DNA of 64,000 nt. It comes from Macrostomum lignano (lineage: Eukaryota). Location: contig NIVC01000512.1 of the NCBI GenBank assembly GCA_002269645.1, positions 141,967 through 205,966 of the forward strand. Direction: 5' to 3'. Shown here one piece after another: positions 55,101-64,000 of this stretch. Under the pieces are notes generated by a model that saw nothing but the letters and a program-made list of their open reading frames with translations, searched no databases and was not told the origin of the DNA. Every line of letters starts with the position of its first letter. Positions within the stretch are counted from its first letter, which is position 1. The translations under genes were made by a program, and so were the position numbers.

Positions 55101-57442
55101 CGCGTATTCGAAATCTTCTCCCAGAAGCACCGCTGCTACGATCTGATTCCTACTAGCAGCAAGCTGCTAGTGTTCGACCACAACCTAAACGTTAAGAAGG
55201 CCTTCTTTGCCTTGGTTTACAATGGCCTTCGCGCCGCCCCAGTTTGGGACTCAGACCAGCAGCGCTTCGTCGGTATGCTCACCATCACGGACTTCATCAA
55301 CATCCTGCACAATTTCTATCGCTCCGCCCTGGTGCCAATGGAGGAGCTGGAGTCGCACCGTATCAGCACCTGGCGGGCCCAGCTGCAGGACCGCCTGCGG
55401 CCCTTCTTGTGGATCTCGCCCGAGGCCTCCCTACTGGACGCCGTTCGCCTCCTGCTGCACGCCAGAGTCCACCGTCTGCCAGTTGTGGAGCCCCGCACCG
55501 GCAACGCCCTGTTCATTCTCACTCACAAGCGCATTCTGAAGTACATCTACTTGTACATGCACCAGCTGCCGATGCCGCCTTGGCTAGACGCCAGCCTTCG
55601 CCAACTTCGAATTGGCACATACGAGGGCATTAGAACTATCACTGAATCTACACCGCTAGTGAAAGTGCTCAGTCTGTTTGTGCAGCACAGGATTAGCGCC
55701 CTGCCCGTTGTGGGGCCGGACGGACGGCTCTCGGATATCTACTCAAAATTTGATGTCATTGTGAGTGAACTAGGTCACTGTTAGTATTGCATTTGCATTG
55801 CGGTTTGGATTAATATAATAACTAGTCATGAGTATAGGCTTATGGATCTTCTTTATTGACTATTGATTAGAAGATATACTTAATTTAGAGATTGTAATTC
55901 GGTAATGGTAAAATAAAATTGGATAAAAAGTTGGTTTGATCAGTTTTTTGATCCAGGGATCAGGGGACTGAGACCTTGATTATCATCTATGGGATTCAAG
56001 GTTGCAATATGGGATCCAGTGACTGGAATAGAGGATCATAAAGGATCAGTGACTGGAATAGTGGTCAGGGATAGAAACTAGAAATCTGGGATTGGAATAT
56101 GAGATTTGGGATTGGAATTAGGGATCAGGGATTCGAATTAGGGATCGGGATGGGAATTAGGGATCAGGGATTGGAATTAGGGATCAGGGATTGGAATTAG
56201 GGATCAGAAATTGGAATTAGGGATCAGGTATTGGAATTAGGGATCGGGATGGGAATTAAGGATCAGGGATTGGAATTAGGGATCTGGGATTGGAATTAGG
56301 GATCTGGGATTGGAATTAGGGATCTGGGATTGGAATTAGGGATCAGGGATAGGAATTAGGGATCAGGGATGGGAATTAGGGATCAGGGATGGGAATTAGG
56401 GATCAGGGATTCGAATTAGGGATCAGGGATTCGAATTAGGGATCAGGGATTCGAATTAGGGATCAGGGATTCGAATTAGGGATCAGGGATTCGAATTAGG
56501 GATCAGGGATTGGAATTAGGGATCAGGGATTGGAATTAGGGATCAGGGATCGGAATTAGGGATCAGGGATTGGAATTAGGGATCAGAGATTGGAATTAGG
56601 GATCAGGGATTGGAATTAGGGATCAGGGATAGGAATTAGGGATCAGGGATGGGAATTAGGGATCAGGGATGGGAATTAGGGATCAGGGATTCGAATTAGG
56701 GATCAGGGATTCGAATTAGGGATCAGGGATTCGAATTAGGGATCAGGGATTCGAATTAGGGATCAGGGATTCGAATTAGGGATCAGGGATTGGAATTAGG
56801 GATCAGGGATTGGAATTAGGGATCAGGGATCGGAATTAGGGATCAGGGATTGGAATTAGGGATCAGAGATTGGAATTAGGGATCAGGGATTGGAATTAGG
56901 GATCAGAGATTGGAATTAGGGTAGGGATCAGGGATTGGAATTAGGGTAGGGATCAGGGATTGGAATTAGGGTAGGGATCAGGGATTGGAATTAGGGATCA
57001 GAGATTGGAATTAGGGATCAGGGATTGGAATTAGGGATCAGGGATTGGAATTAGGGATCAGTGATAAGGGATCAATGTGTTCTGTGGCACAAATACTAGC
57101 TCACTAACCGTGGTGCCCCAACCGCAGAACCTGGCTGCCACAAAGACCTACAACAATCTGGACGTGTCGGTGAAGGACGCGCTGCAGTACAGGCGCGACA
57201 GGTTCGAAGGCGTCACATCCTGCCAGCCGGACGATTCGCTGCGCAGCGTGCTGGAGAAGCTGGTGACGGCCGAGGTGCACCGGCTGGTTATCGTGGACAG
57301 CGACCAGCAAGTGATCGGCGTGGTCTCCCTGTCCGACATTCTCAAGGCCATTGTGCTGGACCATAAAGCCCTGGCTGAGTCCTTAGCCGGCGCATCTGCC
57401 GCCGGAGGTGCCGGCTCTGAGCAGCCGATGGAGACCGAGTGA
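49141..57442 (+). CDS. PRKAG: 5'-AMP-activated protein kinase gamma subunit with long N-terminal extension (PRKAG2/SNF4Agamma-like)
   Basis: Exons 49117/49141-49659, 52739-52823, 54209-54531, 55071-55760, 57128-57442, all GT-AG and in phase; possible upstream exon ending 47850 (CGG|GTGAGT, in phase). CBS-domain motifs HRCYDLIPTSSKLLVFD, VKKAFFALVYNGLRAAPVWD, FVGMLTITDFINILH, VHRLPV, ILTHKRILK, RISALPVV, YSKFDVI|NLAATKTYNNLD, EVHRLVIVD, VSLSDIL. Confidence 0.95.
50809..51061 (+). mobile_element. Dispersed ~255-bp repeat, copy 2 (in AMPK gamma intron)
   Basis: Same orientation and colinear with 41751-42007. Confidence 0.6.
51912..52375. repeat. 16-bp minisatellite (GTCGCTTGACATCCAG), intronic
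   Basis: Direct read. Confidence 0.93.
54555..54920. repeat. 35-bp minisatellite (CAGCATCAGGTCCAGTCTCACCCGTGACAAATCCC), about 10 copies, intronic
   Basis: Direct read. Confidence 0.95.
56095..57062. repeat. 20-bp minisatellite (GATTGGAATTAGGGATCAGG), one TTAGGG per unit, intronic
   Basis: Direct read, about 48 copies. Confidence 0.96.
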
Positions 57443-57579
57443 CCGCAGTATTGTGTCTCTTAGGACATCTCATGATTATGACTGTGCAGCATGACTACTT
57501 GTTGCTGCTCCCTGGATCAGTGACGGATTCATTAGTTTTATTAAGAGTTTTGTTAGTGTAGAATAAATAGCTGAGGTGG

Positions 57580-57925
57580 TAGCAGCTGCCTTAGTGATAA
57601 GGGACTGGGGGTTAGTAGCTGCCTTAGTGATGAGGGATTGTGGTTGGTAGCAGCTGCCTTAGTGATGAGGGACTGTGTGGGGTAGCAGCTGCCTTAGTGA
57701 TGAGGGATTGTGGTTGATAGCAGCTGCCTTAGTGATGAGGGACTGTGTGGGGTAGCAGCTGCCTTAGTGATGAGGGACTGTGTGGGGTAGCAGCTGCCTT
57801 AGTGATGAGGGATTGTGGTTGATAGCAGCTGCCTTAGTGATGAGGGACTGTATGGGGTAGCAGCTGCCTTAGTGATGAGGGACTGTGGGGTAGTAGCTGC
57901 CTTAGTGACGAGGGATTGTGGGTAG
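57580..57925. repeat. 35-bp minisatellite (AGCAGCTGCCTTAGTGATGAGGGACTGTGTGGGGT)
   Basis: Direct read, downstream of the AMPK gamma stop. Confidence 0.92.
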
Positions 57926-59519
57926 CGGCTTTCTCACAGAGTACTTTTTGCGCTAAGCCGTCTGATTGGCTGAGAGCATCCGTCACGCACCATCGGGTGT
58001 TTGTTTTATAGCTCAAGCATTGCCATAATTTGCAAACAGAACAGTGGTGGTGATTTCTTGAACTTTGCGGGTATTAATTATGACTTATCTGTATGGAATT
58101 GCGGACTTATTGAATCTGTTGATGATAAATCTACTGGCATTGTCAGTTCAATAATTTATTGGTCCATATTTACTACTATAGTGTTTCATAAACCTTGCAA
58201 GAGTTGGCATACGGCACTGCGCTCGCTTAATAAATATTGTATTTAAACAAATACCAGAAGTCAGCTAATTGACTTGAAATTATATTGCATTGTATTTTTA
58301 TCCCGAGTTAATTATTATGACTAAATACTACGGTTATGTGAGCTATTTCGCCTGCGGTTGCGCCTGCCTGGGCTTAAATATAATACGACTTGCTTAGTAG
58401 ACTCATTTGAGATCGTTGAGACCTGTTTTCTTATTGATGCAATCTCGGAAATACAGACAAAGATGAATTGACAGACGGGTAAACAAAGTGGAATTATTAT
58501 ATAGTGTCACGTTTCGCCTGTTTCAGATTGCAAAACTTTCGCAACAGCTACTTTAAGTAGTTTAGCTGGAAATTCGTAATATTTTCAATCTGTAAATTTT
58601 TCACTCTCAGCCTGTATTATTTATATAAGATTTTCTAATGATTATAATTAGTGCGCTTGCTTTATTATGCTGCTTATTAATATTAGCGAGACTAAGATGG
58701 CCATCCGCGAACAAACCTCAGGATTTTGATTCAAAGGCTCGACAAACTCTGTTTTATGTTTTTCGGTGTTATCGTGTTAAATACATTGTCCATTATGCTC
58801 TGCTTTTATTCCAGCTCTCCCAGTGCGCCCTACTTTAAGTAGCCTAGCGCTTGTTCAAGACAGCAGTGCGGTGTATCTATGCGTTACGTTTTTTAAATAG
58901 ATTTTTGTCTGCTTGAATATAAACTCCGCAATGGTCTTCTAATATTATTAATTAAGCTGACAGCTCTACTTGCAGTAGCGAAACTCTCCCCATCGAATGC
59001 CTTTCTAAATTTGCTCATCAATATTTAATTATGTCAATTCGCCAGCCCGCAAAACCTTTTTTAGCCTTGCTAATTATGTATAATATAGTAATTAGTTAGC
59101 TTTATTGCTTAGTCGCTCTGGTATTTACCTGTTGCTATACAGAATGCGCGTATTTTATTAATCTGACATATTTTAATTGGTTTTAATAGTTTGATCGAGT
59201 AGATTATTTGTCAGTTTTGTCTAACTCAAGTAAACCAAATTTTATGGGCCTCTGCAAATAATGATCACTTTATTACATGCGTACATTATTTATTAAGCCA
59301 AAGATTGATTGGAACAGCATTAACTACCAAATTCGTGCGAAGTATACGTTTTAATATCGTATGCTTATTTGCTGTATTGAGAGCTACATGTCTCTGCATA
59401 CGGATCCACGCTTTTATTACGCATCACATTTGACAATAAGCCGTTTTGAATTGAATTCATTTTCTGTATTTCATTGATTTATTGATTATTTTCAATTAAC
59501 TGATTAGTGTCATGTGATA

Positions 59520-59940
59520 GCCAGTGACAATTGACGGTTGTCAGTGACAATTGACGGTTGTCAGTGACAATTGACGGTTGTCAGTGACAATTGACAGCCA
59601 GTGACAATTGACAGCCAGTGACAATTGACAGCCAGTGACAATTGATGGTTGTCAGTGACAATTGACAGCCAGTGACAATTGATGATGGTTGTCAGTGACA
59701 ATTGATGATGGTTGTCAGTGACAATTGATGATGGTTGTCAGTGACAATTGATGATGGTTGTCAGTGACAATTGATTATGGTTGTCAGTGACAATTGATGA
59801 TGGTTGTCAGTGACAATTGATGATGGTTGTCAGTGACAATTTACGGTTGTCAGTGACAATTGATGGTTGTCAGTGACAATTGATGGTTGTCAGTGACAAT
59901 TGACAGCCAGTGACAATTGACGGCTGCCAGTGACAATTTT
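59520..59940. repeat. Variable 17-23-bp repeat built on CAGTGACAATTGA
   Basis: Direct read. Confidence 0.9.
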
Positions 59941-60171
59941 CTGCCAAAGAGAAGGTGAAATTGTTGGTACAAATTTTGATCTGCAGTCAGTTAGCTGCTC
60001 GTGGCAGTCAAAAAATATTATCAGATTACTGTAGACTTTTGGCGGTATATTACTGTCGCAGACTCGCTCGCAAAATTTGATTGAGGGCACAATAATTTCG
60101 TTCGAGAATGCATCAACAAGATTATAAGGAGTTTGCTTTTGAGACAACGCAACTTCAAGGACCACTATAGT

Positions 60172-60605
60172 CAGGGGCGTCGCCATGGATTTTATGGTGG
60201 GGGACAATCAAAGCCAAGAACCCAGCATGTACATTTACATGACTAAACTTCTACATGTCCATTATTTTGAGAATCGGCCGGTGTTGTCAGCGCTCATTTT
60301 GGCGCCGCATGCACTCATTTTGGCGCGGTAGGCACTGATTTTAGCGCCTTAGAAACTTTTTTGGCGCCGCAGGCAAGCTGATTTTAGCGCCTCAGAAGTT
60401 TTGGCGCCACAGGCATTCCTTTTAGCGCCACAGGCACTCATTTTGGCGCCACAGGCGCTATATTTTGCGCCGTGAAGAAAAATTATTGATTACCACAACG
60501 GGTCAGAAAGTGCAGAGGTGGGGGGACCCATTGGCATCCTTCATAGCTTTTACATGGGTTGGGGACATGTCCTCCCTGTCCCCCTGCTGGCGACGCGCTT
60601 TACTG
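60172..60605. mobile_element. Probable MITE (CAGGGGCGTCGCCA...TGGCGACGC) with internal degenerate TTTTGGCGCC repeats
   Basis: Imperfect terminal inverted match (GCGTCGCCA / TGGCGACGC), subterminal GGGGGAC / GTCCCCC motifs, internal ~22-bp repeats at 60290-60475. No TSD established. Confidence 0.5.
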
Positions 60606-60775
60606 CAGTATAACAAGACGTGAAACTCAAAGATCGTGTAATTTTTAGGAGGCTGATTTCCAGAAAAATACGCTGCTTTAGAGGCTTGCGACAAACGAAG
60701 TAAGTTGCAAGCGTGAAAAGGTAAAAATTTACATTACATGTATTTGCTTTACATGTATGCATCGCATTTCCCCAT

Positions 60776-61580
60776 TTCGACATCTAGCTTAGAGAAATTC
60801 GACATCCAGCTTAGAGAAATTCGACATCTAGCTTAGAGAAATTCGACATCTAGCTTAGAGAAATTCGACATCCAGCTTAGAGAAATTCGACATCCAGCTT
60901 AGAGAAATTCGACATCCAGCTTAGAGAAATGACATCTAGCTTAGAGAAATTCGACATCTAGCTTAGAGAAATTCGACATCTAGCTTAGAGAAATTCGACA
61001 TCTAGCTTAGAGAAATTCGACATCTAGCTTAGAGAAATTCGACATCCAGCTTAGAGAAATTCGACATCCAGCTTAGAGAAATTCGACATCCAGCTTAGAG
61101 AAATTCGACATCCAGCTTAAAGAAATTTGACATCCAGCTTAGAGAAATTCGACATCCAGCTTAAAGAAATTCGACATCTAGCTTAGAGAAATTCGACATC
61201 CAGCTTAGAGAAATTCGACATCCAGCTTAGAGAAATTCGACATCTAGCTTAGAGAAATCCGACATCTAGCTTAGAGAAATTCGACATCTAGCTTAGAGAA
61301 ATTCGACATCTAGCTTAGAGAAATTCGACATCGCTAGCTTAGAGAAATTCGACATCGCTAGCTTAGAGAAATTCGACATCTAGCTTAGAGAAATTCGACA
61401 TCTAGCTTAGAGAAATTCGACATCTAGCTTAGAGAAATTCGACATCCAGCTTAGAGAAATTCGACATCTAGCTTAGAGAAATTCGACATCTAGCTTAGAG
61501 AAATTCGACATCTAGCTTAGAGAAATTCGACATCCAGCTTAGAGAAATTCGACATCCAGCTTAGAGAAGTTCGACATCCA
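60776..61580. repeat. 22-bp minisatellite (CATCTAGCTTAGAGAAATTCGA), about 36 copies
   Basis: Direct read. Confidence 0.96.
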
Positions 61581-61982
61581 GCAAGGAGAAACTCAACTGC
61601 CAGCTTGAAAAAATTCGACTCAGCACGTTTCTTACTACTAACTACAAGTAGAAGTCAGTAGCATAGAGGCAATGTGATGCACCTATTTTTACGGTGGAGA
61701 AACGGTGTGAAATCACAGCTGAAAAAAATAATCTTAAAAACGTTTCATGAAACTTAAAAACGTTTATAACCGGTGATTTCTCCAGCCCTAAGTTACGAAT
61801 TTAGTAAAAGTTAGTGGCCGAACTGGGGGTTACGAAATCTCAAAATTCTCACAACGAATACAGCAAATATTTTCACAAGCTCAAAACTTCATCAAGTTCA
61901 AATATTCACAAACCCGAAAGCTCAAATAGCAGATCGGATCCCACAAATTATGAAGACTTTGCTAAGATTGTCGATGTTTTTA

Positions 61983-62160
61983 AGTTTCGAGCTTATGAAG
62001 TTTCGACCTTATGAAGTTTCGAGCTTATGAAGTTTCGAGATTATGAAGTTTCGAGCTTGTGAAGTTTCGAGATTATGAAGTTTCGAGTTTATGAAGTTTC
62101 GAGATTATGAAGTTTCGAGTTTATAAAGTTTCGGGCTTGTGAAATTTCTAGTTTATGAAA
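61983..62160. repeat. 16-bp minisatellite (AAGTTTCGAGCTTATG)
   Basis: Direct read. Confidence 0.9.
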
Positions 62161-62366
62161 TTTTGAGATTATGAGTTGTTTTTTTGCTAGATTTATCGAA
62201 TTAGTGAAATTTTAGAATTGCGTCAACACTCGAACATACCCCATATAAAAAGGTCACAACGCATGCCCCCCCCCCTGGGTGTTCGGGTGTAAAGGTGTAA
62301 AGAAACACCGGATGAGTTAGGGGACATACATACTCAACGCGGAGATACCACTCTGGACAGTCATGC

Positions 62367-63590
62367 CCTGTCGTTGGTTGCGGGACAGTGTTGGTTGCGG
62401 GACAGTGTTGGTTGCGGGACAGTGTTGGTTGTGGGACAGTGTTGGTTGCGGGACAGTGTTGGTTGCGGGACAGTGTTGGTTGTGGGACAGTGTTGGTTGC
62501 GGGACAGTGTTGGTTGCGGGACAGTGTTGGTTGTGGGACAGTGTTGGTTGCGGGACAGTGTTGGTTGCGGGACAGTGTTGGTTGCGGGACAGTGTTGGTT
62601 GTGGGACAGTGTTGGTTGCGGGACAGTGTTGGTTGTGGGACAGTGTTGGTTGTGGGACAGTGTTGGTTGTGGGACAGTGTTGGTTGCGGGACAGTGTTGG
62701 TTGTGGGACAGTGTTGGTTGTGGGACAGTGTTGGTTGTGGGACAGTGTTGGTTGCGGGACAGTGTTGGTTGCGGGACAGTGTTGGTTGTGGGACAGTGTT
62801 GGTTGTGGGACAGTGTTGGTTGCGGGACAGTGTTGGTTGTGGGACAGTGTTGGTTGCGGGACAGTGTTGGTTGTGGGACAGTGTTGGTTGTGGGACAGTG
62901 TTGGTTGCGGGACAGTGTTGGTTGTGGGACAGTGTTGGTTGCGGGACAGTGTTGGTTGTGGGACAGTGTTGGTTGTGGGACAGTGTTGGTTGCGGGACAG
63001 TGTTGGTTGTGGGACAGTGTTGGTTGTGGGACAGTGTTGGTTGTGGGACAGTGTTGGTTGCGGGACAGTGTTGGTTGTGGGACAGTGTTGGTTGTGGGAC
63101 AGTGTTGGTTGTGGGACAGTGTTGGTTGCGGGACAGTGTTGGTTGTGGGACAGTGTTGGTTGTGGGACAGTGTTGGTTGCGGGACAGTGTTGGTTGTGGG
63201 ACAGTGTTGGTTGCGGGACAGTGTTGGTTGTGGGACAGTGTTGGTTGTGGGACAGTGTTGGTTGCGGGACAGTGTTGGTTGTGGGACAGTGTTGGTTGTG
63301 GGACAGTGTTGGTTGTGGGACAGTGTTGGTTGCGGGACAGTGTTGGTTGTGGGACAGTGTTGGTTGTGGGACAGTGTTGGTTGTGGGACAGTGTTGGTTG
63401 CGGGACAGTGTTGGTTGCGGGACAGTGTTGGTTGTGGGACAGTGTTGGTTGTGGGACAGTGTTGGTTGCGGGACAGTGTTGGTTGTGGGACAGTGTTGGT
63501 TGTGGGACAGTGTTGGTTGCGGGACAGTGTTGGTTGCGGGACAGTGTTGGTTGCGGGACAGTGTTGGTTGCGGGACAGTGTTGGTTGTGG
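62367..63590. repeat. 17-bp minisatellite (GTTGGTTG(C/T)GGGACAGT), about 72 copies
   Basis: Direct read; source of the 400-aa pseudo-ORFs. Confidence 0.97.
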
Positions 63591-64000
63591 GTATTCTGAC
63601 TTCAAGCGTTAGAATGCCCACAGCCCTCCTGCAGATTTAACTTAGATTCGCATCAGATGCAGGAGTTTTTAAGAAAGAATTGATGGAATTCCCCAAATTA
63701 GCTGTCACTGTGCCCTATTCCAGTTAGAGTTCGCTCTGCACAAGGAGAGTCTCCAGTATCGTTTAATTTGCACACACCTGGAAAGTAGAAATTCGAATAA
63801 AAAAGGAGCGGTAAAAAAGAGATAATTATAAACCTATAAAAACTTTTTCAGCGTGAAGGAATCGCGCGAATCGTTACAATAGAGCCAATTATAATCCTTA
63901 ATGCCCTCCTTACTGGCTCTTGCGCACGTTAGACCGAATCATTTTACAAGTACGAAGCCTTATAGCACAAAGCAAAGGCGGTGGTTTGTTTAGTTTTATT

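Noticed and set aside
57580-57925. GTGATGA (box C-like) in each 35-bp unit
   Set aside because: No matching box D (CTGA) or terminal stem; not a snoRNA array and not a hammerhead core.

Overview
Eukaryotic (animal) genomic DNA: GC3-rich spliced exons with GT-AG introns, embedded in a very high density of micro- and minisatellites (roughly 35 distinct arrays). This architecture resembles what is known for the flatworm Macrostomum lignano, but the species call is inference only. Seven protein-coding loci are supported: (1) the 3' part of a membrane-anchored EGF-domain protein with EGFR-ligand-type exon structure and an apparent 1-nt frameshift (1-6128 +); (2) a probable four-pass membrane protein (13399-14871 -); (3) a small polyQ protein (16872-17267 -); (4) an intronless ETX/MTX2 (aerolysin-like) beta-pore-forming protein (22735-23625 +); (5) an LRRC74-like leucine-rich-repeat gene with about 10 exons (25866-36095 +); (6) an intronless SLC36/PAT-type amino-acid transporter (39423-40835 +); (7) AMPK gamma subunit with a long N-terminal extension (49141-57442 +). 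Between 42.6 and 47 kb lies a cluster of decayed transposons: a P-element-like remnant, and a mariner remnant interrupted by both a Penelope-like element (13-bp TSD, inverted arms, GIY-YIG ORF, hammerhead-like motifs) and a tRNA-derived SINE (about 18-bp TSD). Most long ORFs in the supplied track are artefacts of tandem repeats. No CRISPR, rRNA or intact tRNA gene was seen. All family assignments come from motif recognition by eye, without database searches.
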